Shown: positions 29,521 to 40,263, counted from the first letter of the stretch. The stretch: DNA of 64,000 nt from Candidatus Bathyarchaeota archaeon (GCA_963782525.1 CAWAKC010000010.1:64001-128000), one strand, 5' to 3'. Numbers and translations: made by a program. Notes: generated by a model from the sequence alone, not told the origin.

Positions 29521-29932
29521 TTATGGCTTGCTGGTTTTATGCTAAGTCAGAGCGCTGTAGACTGAAAACACCAAAAGTACAATCAAAACCGCAGCTGGAA
29601 ATGGACCCAGAAAAATGTAGAAGAAAATGGCAACTGTCAAGCGACAAGTCTATTTGTATCTTTGAGGCTGCGTTTCCCAAAATACAAGGCCGCTAATCTG
29701 CTAAGCCGAATGTGCATTTTTTGCAGTTATAGCAGGGTCTTAGGCAGCTGAGGAATTTTAGGATGCCATAGATGCCGATGAGTGCAGCCAAGAGGAATAT
29801 CGCGCCGTAAGTCCAGTTGACAAGCCAAAAACCCAAAGTGTCAAGTTCAATCCAAGCTGCGACAGCTATATTGCCAAAGTATGGCGAAGGTTTTTGGGAA
29901 CTCTATGGTTTGCTGATTTTTTTCGCTTCCAC
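29521..29932 (-). pseudogene. Decayed membrane protein with a Cys cluster
   Basis: Broken frames read TM segments and CLRPCYNCKKCTFGL...RLAALYFGKR; several indels and stops. Confidence 0.55.
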
Positions 29933-30172
29933 CCGCTTATTTGGTTGTGGATGATTGATAATAAGTTTCCACTGCAATCCGCCTAATGGCACTGATTTTC
30001 AACATGTTACTGACTTGGTGAGGTCCCAAAGAGAAGATCTGAGGTGTTCAGTCGTTTGTTAGGTTGGATAGAACAGCTATTAGGATCTAAACATCCTGAT
30101 AGTTTTTTAAAAACTATGTACAACTAAATTTTTACAACAAAAATGCAGTGCAAGAGCAAAAAACTTGATCGT

Positions 30173-30739
30173 TTATGCTTTTGGTTTGCCGTTTTCTTCT
30201 GGCACAAAAACTGCGGCTGCCACAGTCGTGGTCCATAAACCGTTTTTATCGCCTGAAGCAGACTGGGTTACATTGGCTGTTTTGATAATTAATCCTGTGG
30301 TTTTGAAGAGTTGTTTCCGTTCGTCCCAGGCGGTTTCAGGGTCAAACTGTATACCCATGGTTGTTGCAAGCATGGTTGCTGCGAGGTCTTCTGCGTAGTC
30401 GCCTGCAGTTTCATCGGTTTGTCCAAAGCTGTGGTGTTCGCTTAGGTAGCCGTATTGGTTTTTGCCGCTGGGAATGGCGACGCCGACGGATGATGCGACG
30501 AGGCGGTGTGGTTCGTTGGTTGCGTTGCGGGCGATGACGACAAAGGTGATTTCGCCGGGTTGAATCATCTTTAAGCCTTTTTCCCGAGTAAGCAGTTCAC
30601 ATGCAGGTGGAACAATGCTGGATACGGCAACGAGGTTGCACATTTGAATGCCTGCATCGCGCAGTGCTAATTCGAATGATTGGAGTTGCTCTTTATGTTT
30701 GCCAACTCCTTTTGTGAAAAAGAAGTATTTTGGTATCAT
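30173..30739 (-). CDS. pdaD: Pyruvoyl-dependent arginine decarboxylase
   Basis: [20 protein letters not shown] (S-S cleavage site) and YGYLSEH. Confidence 0.92.
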   Translation of the reverse strand: MIPKYFFFTKGVGKHKEQLQSFELALRDAGIQMCNLVAVSSIVPPACELLTREKGLKMIQPGEITFVVIARNATNEPHRLVASSVGVAIPSGKNQYGYLSEHHSFGQTDETAGDYAEDLAATMLATTMGIQFDPETAWDERKQLFKTTGLIIKTANVTQSASGDKNGLWTTTVAAAVFVPEENGKPKA

Positions 30740-30915
30740 GTCGGTGTCGGAAAATAGGATTGCTGAATGTATTAATTAGTGTTTTGTTTGCAAACAATTG
30801 TTTTCGATCCATTTCGTTTTTTACCTTGTTACTAAATAGGAGTCATTGCGCTCAATAGTTCTGTTTTGATAAATCCAATTAACGACTAATTCCAAGAAGC
30901 TTTGTATTTAATTTT

Positions 30916-31713
30916 CTAGGTCTCTTTTAATTCTGCAGAGTGTGTCCATGTGCTCTCAAAGTAGCTTTGAGCTAACGCAACAAGACTTGGATTTTTCGAC
31001 CATAACGCTGTGGCAGTGGGTAATTGAGCCTCTGCTACCATTGTAATGAATGCTTCTTTATTATCGATGACTGTTACAACTGCTGGCTGCGATGATGTAA
31101 TAAATTTGACCTTGAAATTTGTGTTCTTGGAAAGACGTTGCGTGATATGGCGAGCAGCTTTTCTTTGGATATGCTGTTCCACTACAATATTGATTTTTAC
31201 CCCTTTCCTCAAAGCTTTCCTGTATTCATCTGCAAATTCAAGAATTGCCTCAGAAAACCTTTCCCGCGAAGTAACAACGCAAGCGCTAATACTTGCTCTT
31301 GCCAAGGATAACTTCAACCTTTGAACAATACCCTCTTTTCCATAAACCATAACAGAGCAGGTATCTTCCTCTTGAGACTCTATTGCTTCATTGCACCTTA
31401 ACTCATCTAGTAATTCTTCAGTTTCTTTAATCAAGAGGGTTTGTTCTGTCGTTTTGCGTTTGATCATGTTTGGTAATACTAATACTGCTGGAACTGCTTG
31501 GTAGCTAATTGGCCTGGTCATCAGCTTTTCAACCATGCCTTGTTTTTCAATGGTCGGGATTATTCGATAAATGTCAGGTCGAGCGATTTTTGATGTACTT
31601 GCAAGTTGCCTTGCGGTTGCAGGTCCGCATTGGAGAAGAGCAAGGTAAAGTCTTGATTGGTCTACTGTCAATCCCAGATTTGTCAAGGTTTGTATTTTTC
31701 CTTCCATTCTCAT
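30916..31713 (-). CDS. TrmB-family transcriptional regulator
   Basis: LTNLGLT..QSRLYLALL, IARPDIYR wHTH; C-terminal PLD-like effector domain. Confidence 0.88.
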   Translation of the reverse strand: MRMEGKIQTLTNLGLTVDQSRLYLALLQCGPATARQLASTSKIARPDIYRIIPTIEKQGMVEKLMTRPISYQAVPAVLVLPNMIKRKTTEQTLLIKETEELLDELRCNEAIESQEEDTCSVMVYGKEGIVQRLKLSLARASISACVVTSRERFSEAILEFADEYRKALRKGVKINIVVEQHIQRKAARHITQRLSKNTNFKVKFITSSQPAVVTVIDNKEAFITMVAEAQLPTATALWSKNPSLVALAQSYFESTWTHSAELKET

Positions 31714-31887
31714 AAAAAATTCACGTTTACCTGTGATTTTTCTGGTCGACAAATATTGTATAATTACTTCGTAATTTAAGACTTGTGAAAAAACGTCGAT
31801 TGTCAGTAGAACCTCTATCTCCAATATTTTAAAAGTAAACTAACCGATGGAAATGTGTTCTTATAAAAACAGGAGAAAAGAAAAAAA

Positions 31888-34689
31888 ATGCGATTTTCTA
31901 AAAATAAAACTGAAGCTATCTTGATTGCGATGTTTCTAATTTTAACCATTACAGGCACATGCATATTTTTGCCAACTGCTATGTCACATACACCACCAGT
32001 TTATATGCCAACCAACGCCTATGTAAGTTGTGCACCGCCCGTCATCGGTGTTGGTCAAACCACTGCCATTGTTGTGTGGCTTGACAGGACCTCGCCTACA
32101 TCAACCGGTACCAGCGGTGAAAGATTTCCAGGCTTCTTGCTAACGATCACGCAACCAGACGGAACTAATACAACAATTGGACCATGGGATGCTGGAAGTG
32201 CTATTGCAAGTGACTTTAAGTCATTTACCCCCACTGAAGTCGGCAATTACTCGATTGTGTTCAGCTGGCCTGGGGCAACTATAGTCGCAGGCAACCAGCC
32301 TTATGTCAACACACAAGCTGACGTAGGCGATGTTTGGCTACCCGCTACAAGCAAACCATGCACACTGACCGTGACGCAAGAACAGGTACCTAATTATCTA
32401 GAAGCCCCTTTGCCAACAGACTATTGGACTAGACCGATAACTGACATAAACCGACAATGGTACACCCTTGCAAGCAACTGGCTACAAGGAACATGGCTAC
32501 AATCAAACATCCAAACTGTAGGTACCGGACCAATGAGTGCTCACGTCCTTTGGGCTCGACCCATACTGCCGGCATATCCCGGAGGCATCGCTGACGCAAA
32601 CTATGGGCCTCTAAACGCAAACATCGAAGACTATTTGAGTCCATGGGGAGGCTGCATAATAATGAACGGCATAATCTACTACAATACACCACAAAGCGCT
32701 GAAACAGCCCACTACGGCTTCTATGCAGTGGACCTCCATACTGGACAACAAATATGGTACAACAATGGAACAAACCCCATAACCATGGCTGCATATACTG
32801 GAGCAGGCGGAGTTGACCCCGCAGTCAGTCAAACCTATCCCAAACTCTCATGCGGACAAATGGTGGAAATCAACAACGTCAACGGAAGAGGAGTCGCCTC
32901 ATACCTTTGGGAACAAGGACCAGCCACAAGCGCAGACCGTCCAGGTTACACCACATGGTATATGCTTGATCCCAGCACCGGCGCACTTTATCTGACCTTG
33001 CACAACGTTCCATCTGGCACAGGTGCAACAGATTCACAAGGTGACTTACTGGTATACACTTACAACTCTGCCACAGGCAATATCTTATGCTGGAACTCAA
33101 CACAAGCCATTCCTCCAGGAGGACCACTAGGAACTGGACAGCAAACATGGAGACCCCCCATTGGTGCAGTCATCGACACAATGAATAATACTCTATTTAC
33201 GCCGGGCGCATGGTCATCATCAGTTGATGCCGCCACTTTAGCAGCAATCAGTGCAGGACCCCTAACTCCATACACAATGAACGTATCTGTAGCTTCAGGT
33301 CTACTTGGAAGCATGACTATACTCAAAGATGCTACTCGTGAACCAGTCGGAATCTTCGGCAGCCAAATCAATTCAACCTATACTGGTGGAACCGCAACTC
33401 CCTCAGCTGATGTATTTACAGTTTGGAAAGTAAGCATAAACGACCACGCAGCTCCCTACAGTCCCTACCCCAACCTGGCAGGTACTCTCAACAACAACCT
33501 AGGATTTACCGCCACTTTAGATTACAAGAAAGATATCACTGCCCCAATCACTGGCAAGAACTACACTTGGAGCATCAGTCTTGGCGGACAAGCTGATCAA
33601 GCTGGAGTATTCTTCGTAAGATGCACTCAGACAAGCCAAATATGGGCATATAGCTTACAGACCGGACAGCCACTTTGGGGTCCAATCGAAGGTATCAAGG
33701 GCGGCGACGCAAACGACCAAATGATATACTACAGCCAAAGCGCAGTCGTCTATGGCAATAAACTACTTGTAACTGATGGTTACCAAGGAACAATCACAGC
33801 ATATGATGTGCAAACTGGTAACTTCATTTGGCAATATACGGCTTCAGCAGTACCCTACAGTTTTGAAAGCGCATACGGAGCTAACATGCCAATCAGCCTC
33901 GGCGATATTTGCAATGGAATGATATACACCTGGTCAAATGAACACTCGCCCACTAACCCACTGTGGCGCCAATCGTACACGCGCTGTATCAACGCAACCG
34001 ATGGAACACTCTTATGGAAACTATCTACTTACATGGACTTTATTGGAACACCTTCAGCTATCGCAGATGGGTGTCTTGTAACTGCAAGTGACTATGACAA
34101 CTTGATCTACTGCATTGGCAAAGGACCAAGCGGCACAACAGTTACAGCGCCACAGAACGGCATAACAGCGGGAAACAGCTTTACAATTACAGGCACAGTC
34201 ACCGACCAATCAGCAGGCGCATTAGCATTCGCAACCAAATACGGTCTCACAGGCGGAGTTGCAGCAGTATCCGATGATAGCCAAGAAGCATACATGATGT
34301 ACCTCTACGAGCAGCAGGTGAAACCTTCGGATGCAAGTGGAGTTCCAGTAACCATAAATGCCATCGACCCTAACGGCAACGTGGTTACTCTCGGCACAAC
34401 AACCAGCGACGTAAACGGCTTCTACAGCTTCCAAGTGAACCCAGACATGCTTACCGCGGGCACAGGAACCTACACAGTTATCGCTTCGTTCGCAGGCTCT
34501 AACTCTTATGGTTCATCAAATGCAGAATCCGCTTTCACAGTCAACTCTGCAGCACCAACTGCCTCTCCCCAGCCAGTAGCCTCTCAGCCACCTACAGACA
34601 TGTACATTCTAGGCGCAGCAGTTGCAATTATTATTGCAATAGCCATCGTCGGAATTGTGCTATTCATAACAATCAGGAAACGACCGTAA
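31888..34689 (+). CDS. Large PQQ-like beta-propeller surface protein with C-terminal TM anchor
   Basis: Signal peptide, PLPTDYWTRPI, YAVDLHTGQQIW, EHSP, YDNLIYCIGKGPS.TTV, TM plus RKRP. Confidence 0.85.
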   Translation: MRFSKNKTEAILIAMFLILTITGTCIFLPTAMSHTPPVYMPTNAYVSCAPPVIGVGQTTAIVVWLDRTSPTSTGTSGERFPGFLLTITQPDGTNTTIGPWDAGSAIASDFKSFTPTEVGNYSIVFSWPGATIVAGNQPYVNTQADVGDVWLPATSKPCTLTVTQEQVPNYLEAPLPTDYWTRPITDINRQWYTLASNWLQGTWLQSNIQTVGTGPMSAHVLWARPILPAYPGGIADANYGPLNANIEDYLSPWGGCIIMNGIIYYNTPQSAETAHYGFYAVDLHTGQQIWYNNGTNPITMAAYTGAGGVDPAVSQTYPKLSCGQMVEINNVNGRGVASYLWEQGPATSADRPGYTTWYMLDPSTGALYLTLHNVPSGTGATDSQGDLLVYTYNSATGNILCWNSTQAIPPGGPLGTGQQTWRPPIGAVIDTMNNTLFTPGAWSSSVDAATLAAISAGPLTPYTMNVSVASGLLGSMTILKDATREPVGIFGSQINSTYTGGTATPSADVFTVWKVSINDHAAPYSPYPNLAGTLNNNLGFTATLDYKKDITAPITGKNYTWSISLGGQADQAGVFFVRCTQTSQIWAYSLQTGQPLWGPIEGIKGGDANDQMIYYSQSAVVYGNKLLVTDGYQGTITAYDVQTGNFIWQYTASAVPYSFESAYGANMPISLGDICNGMIYTWSNEHSPTNPLWRQSYTRCINATDGTLLWKLSTYMDFIGTPSAIADGCLVTASDYDNLIYCIGKGPSGTTVTAPQNGITAGNSFTITGTVTDQSAGALAFATKYGLTGGVAAVSDDSQEAYMMYLYEQQVKPSDASGVPVTINAIDPNGNVVTLGTTTSDVNGFYSFQVNPDMLTAGTGTYTVIASFAGSNSYGSSNAESAFTVNSAAPTASPQPVASQPPTDMYILGAAVAIIIAIAIVGIVLFITIRKRP

Positions 34690-34914
34690 GCAACAGAAAA
34701 AAAAAACAATATTCCTTCCTTTTTTTGTTTTTACACTTAAGCTTTAACATTAATGGGCAGTTTAATTACGGGCATTTGCGCTTCTTCGTAAGTCTAAACG
34801 TTCAGAAGTTTTTAGAACGCCTAAATTTGTTAGATTTAGGTATAAAGTTATACGTTTGTGTTTTAAAACATAATATTACCCAAAAACAATACATCTCTTG
34901 ATTGAGGAATTAAA

Positions 34915-36105
34915 CTGGCGCCGCACCAAAGTGTGTTCAAAGACGAATCCAAACTTGACATAAACTACATCCCAGCGAAGCTGCCACACCGTGAAACCCA
35001 ACAGCGTCTCCTCATGGAATTCTTCAACTTTATCTTGCGCTGCCCCGAAAAGATGGCTCAGCGTGTCATCTTGACAGGAGATGTAGGTACAGGAAAAACA
35101 GCGCTCGCCCAGCATTTCGGCGCAAACATCACATCAGAAGCTAACAAACGGGGCATAAAATTCCGCTACGTTCACCTTAACTGCCGCGAATACCGAGGGA
35201 GTCTTTCGCCCATTCTGCATCGCGCTGTCACTGTTTTTCGCCCAAATTATCCAGCTCGTGGGTATAGTTCCGATGAGATCCTTGGCACGCTTATGCAGGT
35301 TTTGGATGAAGAAAATGCAACCTTGATACTGACCCTAGACGAATTCGACAGCCTAATCGAGAAAGAAGGCTCCGACGCTGTGTATAAGCTGACGCGGCTG
35401 CAGGAGATGCGGCAGGGCAAACCACAGCGGTTGTCATTCATCTTTATTATGCGTGACTTAGCTGCGATTGCACCCTTAGATGAGAGCGCCAAGAGCACCC
35501 TTCAACGAAGCATCATCCGTCTGGAAAGATATGGCAAGCCACAACTCATCGACATCTTAAACGACCGCGTCGCGATGGCGTTTGAGTTGGGTGCGGTGCC
35601 TGAGGACGTAGTGGATTTGATTTCGGAGTTAGCTTTCTCTGAAACTGGAAACGCCCGTTTTGGAATTGAATTGTTGTGGCGCTCAGGTAAATATGCCGAT
35701 GCAGAAGACGCTGGTTGCGTTGAGCCTGAGTGCGTTCGCATGGCGGTTTCACGTATTATTCCTGGTTTACGCCGAAGCGAACTATCAGGGCTAGGGTTAC
35801 ATGAAAAACTGTTTTTGCTTGCGGTAGCGCGATATTTTAGGGAGAATGAGCAAGCCTATGTTTCCCTCTCCGAAGTTGAAAAGGCATATGCGGTTGTATG
35901 CGAAGAATTCGACGAGAAACCAAACGGTCATACCCAAGTCTACAACTATGCTCAGTACCTCTCAAAGCTCAGCGTATTAAAAACTGAGGTCGCAACCGCT
36001 GAAACCCGTGGACGAACAACTATGCTGTCCTTGCCAACCATACCCGCGGTAGAGTTGGAGAAAGAGTTGTGTGTGGGTCTGAGATCTGAAAGAGGGCGTG
36101 CTTAA
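34915..36105 (+). CDS. cdc6: Orc1/Cdc6 replication initiator
   Basis: LDINYIP.KLPHRE, Walker A GDVGTGKT, Walker B LDEFD, GNAR, C-terminal WH with RGRTT. Start is CTG34915 or GTG34933. Confidence 0.95.
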   Translation: MAPHQSVFKDESKLDINYIPAKLPHRETQQRLLMEFFNFILRCPEKMAQRVILTGDVGTGKTALAQHFGANITSEANKRGIKFRYVHLNCREYRGSLSPILHRAVTVFRPNYPARGYSSDEILGTLMQVLDEENATLILTLDEFDSLIEKEGSDAVYKLTRLQEMRQGKPQRLSFIFIMRDLAAIAPLDESAKSTLQRSIIRLERYGKPQLIDILNDRVAMAFELGAVPEDVVDLISELAFSETGNARFGIELLWRSGKYADAEDAGCVEPECVRMAVSRIIPGLRRSELSGLGLHEKLFLLAVARYFRENEQAYVSLSEVEKAYAVVCEEFDEKPNGHTQVYNYAQYLSKLSVLKTEVATAETRGRTTMLSLPTIPAVELEKELCVGLRSERGRA

Positions 36106-36107
36106 CT

Positions 36108-36368
36108 ATGCAACTTGAGGAAGTTTTTTCGTCAAAGTCCCGCATGAAAATTTTAAAACTTATCTATCAACTGGGGCAATTGAACGTTTCTGATGTTGCG
36201 CGTCGTTTAAAACTCAATTTTGCATCAACTAGTAAGCATCTTAACCTTTTGGAGTCTGAAGGTATTCTCGAAGAGCGCACGTATGGTCGGGTGCGCATGT
36301 ACAGGTTTAGTGATGGCGCGAAGGCGAAGGCTGTAGTAGTTTTGATTGAGACGTGGGAAAAACAGTAA
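36108..36368 (+). CDS. ArsR-like winged-helix protein coupled to cdc6
   Basis: FSSKSRMKILK...NVSDVARRL...HLNLLE.EGIL...GRVRMY. Confidence 0.85.
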   Translation: MQLEEVFSSKSRMKILKLIYQLGQLNVSDVARRLKLNFASTSKHLNLLESEGILEERTYGRVRMYRFSDGAKAKAVVVLIETWEKQ

Positions 36369-36573
36369 CTTTTGAAATGTGATTTAGGTTTTTTCTTGTT
36401 TTCTGGTATTTATCTACTTCTTGTCAGGAGCTAAAAAGCTGGCAGAATCAAACGAACTTTTACTTACACCCAAGACAAGCAAGCGGTTGTGATTGTTTAT
36501 GCACGCCAACAAATCTATTTAAGAAATTAACCCGCCTATAGTTAATCTGAAGAACTATCAAGGAGATTTTTAA

Positions 36574-36915
36574 ATGCTTGAAGGATGGGAATGGATTATC
36601 ATCGGTGTTGTTGCAATCGTTATCATCATGTGGGGTCCAGCGAAGATTCCACAGTTTGCACGGGCATTAGGACAAGCCAAGGGCGAATTCAGCAAAGCTT
36701 CAAAAGAATTCAACAACGCTGCCCTAACAACCGAGAATTCTGCAGCGTCGGCCCAGCAAGTTGCGTCGCCTGCTCCTCAACCAGCAACCATAAGGACTAA
36801 AGATGAAATGTTGCTTGAAACAGCCCAGAGACTTGGAATCCCTACTGAAGGTAAAACACGAGATCAAATATCCGAAGAAATATCCGTGAAAGTGAAAATT
36901 TTAGGCGCCGAATAA
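36574..36915 (+). CDS. tatA: Twin-arginine translocase TatA/E subunit, copy 1
   Basis: EWIII...WGPAKIPQFARALGQAKGEF. Confidence 0.9.
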   Translation: MLEGWEWIIIGVVAIVIIMWGPAKIPQFARALGQAKGEFSKASKEFNNAALTTENSAASAQQVASPAPQPATIRTKDEMLLETAQRLGIPTEGKTRDQISEEISVKVKILGAE

Positions 36916-37073
36916 TGGCTATTTCAGCCTTTATTTTTTCTTGGCAAGAATTAATTGAATCCCTAAATTTCCTCTAAAAATAAGTCAGTAGACTGAACTA
37001 TAGAGGATTCTATTCTCTTCCATGTTTCCATAAATAGAAATTTAGATACAAACTAAAAAAAATTGAGAGTTAA

Positions 37074-37973
37074 TTGACAATGCCGGAAGGACAAAGTTTC
37101 TTCGAAGGTTTCTGGGGGCACGTTACCGAATTCATAAAGCGTATGAAAATAGTGCTAGCAGTTTTTGTTGTTTCGCTCTTTGTGATGCTTGTTCTTCCAG
37201 GTAATAGCGACTTCTTTGCAACGACCAACAATTACAAACCCTTAATGTCTGTACTTTTAGTGTATATTGGTAACATGTTTTTGCCCCAAGGGGCGCAACT
37301 TTTTGCTAACTCTATGTCTGACCCTATAACACTCTATGCTTATGCAGCCGTGGTCTTTGCTGTCGGCTTCACCTTACCAGTATTTGCTTACGAAGCCTAC
37401 AAATTTATTGACCCAGCATTGTATCAACATGAACGAAGAGCGATTTTGCCATTTGTTTCTATAGTGACTGTTCTCTTCGTGATTGGCGCTGTTTTTGGCT
37501 TTTTCTTTCTGGCGCCTGCATTTATCCAAGGCTTCATACCTTTCTATACCGCCGTAAATGCAGTGCAATTATTCCCGATCATGGATTTTTACAATACAAT
37601 CTTTTTTACCATAATTGTTAGCGGTTTTCTCTTCACTATTCCTGCGTTCTTTGTGCTTCTAGTCAAATTCGGGATTTTGCATACAAAATCGATCACTAAA
37701 CAAAGAAAGTACATCTATGCAGGTCTTGCAATTGCCGCGATGTTCATCTCGCCTGGCGCAACACCTATTGGCGATTTGTACTTGTTTGTAGCTTTGCTTG
37801 CGTTAGTGGAAGTAAGCTTGTTTGTGGGAAAAAGATATGAAAACAAAATGGGGAACGGCAGCGCCCAGTCTCTATTATCAAAATGGTTTTCGGTTTCAAC
37901 CTGTAAGTTCTGCAATTCTACCCTTGAGGAAAACCAGCAATATTGCCCCAACTGCAAACGTTATCTTATATAA
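37074..37973 (+). CDS. tatC: Twin-arginine translocase TatC with C-terminal Zn ribbon
   Basis: FWGHVTEFIKR, YEAYKFIDPALY..ER, ISPG; ends CKFC...CPNC. Confidence 0.9.
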   Translation: MTMPEGQSFFEGFWGHVTEFIKRMKIVLAVFVVSLFVMLVLPGNSDFFATTNNYKPLMSVLLVYIGNMFLPQGAQLFANSMSDPITLYAYAAVVFAVGFTLPVFAYEAYKFIDPALYQHERRAILPFVSIVTVLFVIGAVFGFFFLAPAFIQGFIPFYTAVNAVQLFPIMDFYNTIFFTIIVSGFLFTIPAFFVLLVKFGILHTKSITKQRKYIYAGLAIAAMFISPGATPIGDLYLFVALLALVEVSLFVGKRYENKMGNGSAQSLLSKWFSVSTCKFCNSTLEENQQYCPNCKRYLI

Positions 37974-38302
37974 ATTTTGAAAGTCATCGCTAATTATGAC
38001 TGTATGTTGGCAAGAACAAACTCTCAAAAGAATCAAGCGCTAATTATCAGACAAGGAGTTTTTGGAATGTTCACAAAGAAGGCAAGAATAATTAGCTATC
38101 ATTTTTGCAATATAAAAAAATTCGAGAAAGAAATAGCAGTTGCAAGAAAAAAACAAGTAGATGATTTGATGCTCCGAGCAAATTGATTCAATTATTGTCT
38201 TGAGATCTTAACATTTTAAGATTCTATTCCTGATTTGACCCCGAGTAAATAAGAAATGAAAACTTTTAAACAAGTTTTAATATATTCAGAAACAGTGGCA
38301 AC

Positions 38303-38518
38303 ATGAGTAGATTAGGCTAGCGGGGTGGTTCTTTTTCTTTAATTGGTTTGGCGTTATTTGCTGTATTGTTTTTTGAGGAGGTTTTCAATAATTTGAATTA
38401 TTATTACTATCATCAAGTAAACTTTGTTTTGCTTTTGTTGATTGGCTTTTTATCATTGTTCATAGGCTCAATGTTAGTATTTTGGAAAGTAGAACAAAAG
38501 AAACAACTCTCTTCTTAA
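38303..38518 (+). pseudogene. Small two-TM protein interrupted near the start
   Basis: MSRLG*RGGSFSLIGLALFAVLFF...LLLLIGFLSLFIGSMLVFWK; TAG at codon 6. Confidence 0.35.
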
Positions 38519-38572
38519 ATTATAAAATGCTGAATCAGAAGAAAGTTTAGAACTTTCTAATTGAACGTTTTG

Positions 38573-39376
38573 TCATTTCCTACGATTGTAGAAGAGAAAT
38601 CCCATAATTACTATTGCGGCTGCTGCTGCTGCGATTGCTCCAATTATCATTGGATAGAGGTTTAAGTTTTGTACGCTTGAATTCAGGGCGTCTTGGTGCT
38701 GAGCTGGTTGATTAGTTGTCTGTGGAACAGTTGGTTGAGGGGTTGGCTGAACTGTTGGTTCTGGAGTGGGGGATGTTTGCGTTGTGCTTGGTTGCTGCAG
38801 ACGTGGCTGGTTAACTATGATTTGTGCTGCATCAGGGTTTGGGGAAATGGGGGCGAGGGTGGGGTCATTTATTGATATTGCGGTAATCTTACTTATCCAT
38901 GCTGCACCGTTTGCATTAGGAATAACCAAACGAAGAATCTCGGGTAAGGGGGTGCCTTCCAACTCGTAAGCTACGATTACATTCTGGGGTATATCGTCGG
39001 AGAGTTTGAGGCTGGTTGTGTATCCATCTGAGGCGTAGAAGTGAAGATTTGCGTTCTGATCAGTAAATCCGGCTTCGGCGAGTAATTCCCTAAGTGACAC
39101 GCCGCCCCACAGACCGGTTTCAATGAGTCTGCCATAACAGCTTAGGTCAGAATACACGGTGGTTTTGGGCATGGCGTAGATGTCATTTAAGGATAAACTT
39201 ACCGGGTTGTTGACTCCGTTGCTGTCGAAGGTGTTTATTTGGAGTATTCCTGTTGAATTTCCACTTTGGCTGGTGCCGCCGGAAGAATCAAGGGCGGAAA
39301 CGCTAAGCAAAGAGCTTAAGGATAATATTGCGATGGATATTAGTATCAAGAATATTTGGGGGACGCTTTTTTTCAA
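38573..39376 (-). CDS. Membrane-anchored molybdopterin-binding (sulfite oxidase/MsrP-like) domain protein
   Basis: Signal peptide from TTG39376; LSCYG, WGGVSLRELL, ASDGY, LRLVIP...G..WISKIT.I; P/T/Q linker and TM tail. Confidence 0.8.
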   Translation of the reverse strand: MKKSVPQIFLILISIAILSLSSLLSVSALDSSGGTSQSGNSTGILQINTFDSNGVNNPVSLSLNDIYAMPKTTVYSDLSCYGRLIETGLWGGVSLRELLAEAGFTDQNANLHFYASDGYTTSLKLSDDIPQNVIVAYELEGTPLPEILRLVIPNANGAAWISKITAISINDPTLAPISPNPDAAQIIVNQPRLQQPSTTQTSPTPEPTVQPTPQPTVPQTTNQPAQHQDALNSSVQNLNLYPMIIGAIAAAAAAIVIMGFLFYNRRK

Positions 39377-39414
39377 TGTTTGTTTCCTCTTATGGCGTAA
39401 ATAAAACAGTATTA

Positions 39415-39430
39415 TATGACACATGTCATA
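39415..39430. promoter_or_regulatory. Palindromic operator TATGACA-N2-TGTCATA
   Basis: Perfect 7-2-7 inverted repeat abutting the TATA-like box of the Mo-domain gene. Confidence 0.5.
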
Positions 39431-40263
39431 CTCTTAAATATTGTCTTCTAACAAACTTGAACAGAAAAATAGCGCACATTTACAGTTAAATCAGAAATCC
39501 TTTCCAAATTGTCAAGATGACATAATCTGTTAGAAAACATGAATAACTCCGATAATTATGGTCATAGCTTGGACGATGAGAAAATCTCCTCACTCCATCT
39601 TACTTCACCCACAAACAATCACCTCTTCTCTTTTCGCAGTCGAAAACAAGAAGTAAACTCTGCCTCAAAAAATACTGAACTGGTCTATACTTTATAACCT
39701 TACCATTTTGAGCCTAAAATATGTCAAAGAAAAAATGCAAGTCATTTTCAGAAGAAAACTTAGTTCTTTGATAGCTTTCTTTTATGAATGACAAAAAGCA
39801 ATTCCTTCTTTCTCAAAGACAAACTGTTCACAACTAAAGACTTGTTCAAAATTCGTTATGAAATCAGATGGTCGAAAAGACAAATCGCTAATCGGCTAGT
39901 CAAAATTCAAGTAAAACTCATAAGCAGAATAGACTTATAATTGTAATGGAGAAAATGTGATGTCAAAAAAACAAAACGAAGAAGTTGGGATAGTTGAAAC
40001 TATTGAAGTGGTTGTTAACAAGAAACGTGCTAACGCAAATTTTGAAATAAAGCATGATGTAAATGGAAAAGAAACTATGGCTATTACATGCATATAGATG
40101 AAAATGGTAAAGTAATAAAAATAGAAGTGCCCTGGGAAAAAGTTAAACAACTAAAGAAATAAATTCGCTGAAATATTTTTTTTCAACAGAATATCTATGG
40201 GAAAACCCTATTCTTTCAAAAAGTTAAACTGCACGAGAATGTGTAAAACAGTTATGCATAGAA

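Noticed and set aside
30005-30105. C/D-box sRNA or structured RNA after pdaD
   Set aside because: Only a weak TGGTGA/CTGA pair and one hairpin; the spacing does not fit a bipartite guide RNA.
34690-34914. Replication origin next to cdc6
   Set aside because: AT-rich but short, with no recognisable ORB or mini-ORB repeats.
37977-38186. 69-aa ORF after tatC, and other short ORFs overlapping confident genes
   Set aside because: No recognisable motif or RBS; most are alternative-frame or antisense shadows.
38318-38320. In-frame TAG as pyrrolysine
   Set aside because: TAG terminates bona fide genes in this window (nucS, first apgM), no pyl genes are visible, and the ORF lies in a decayed region.
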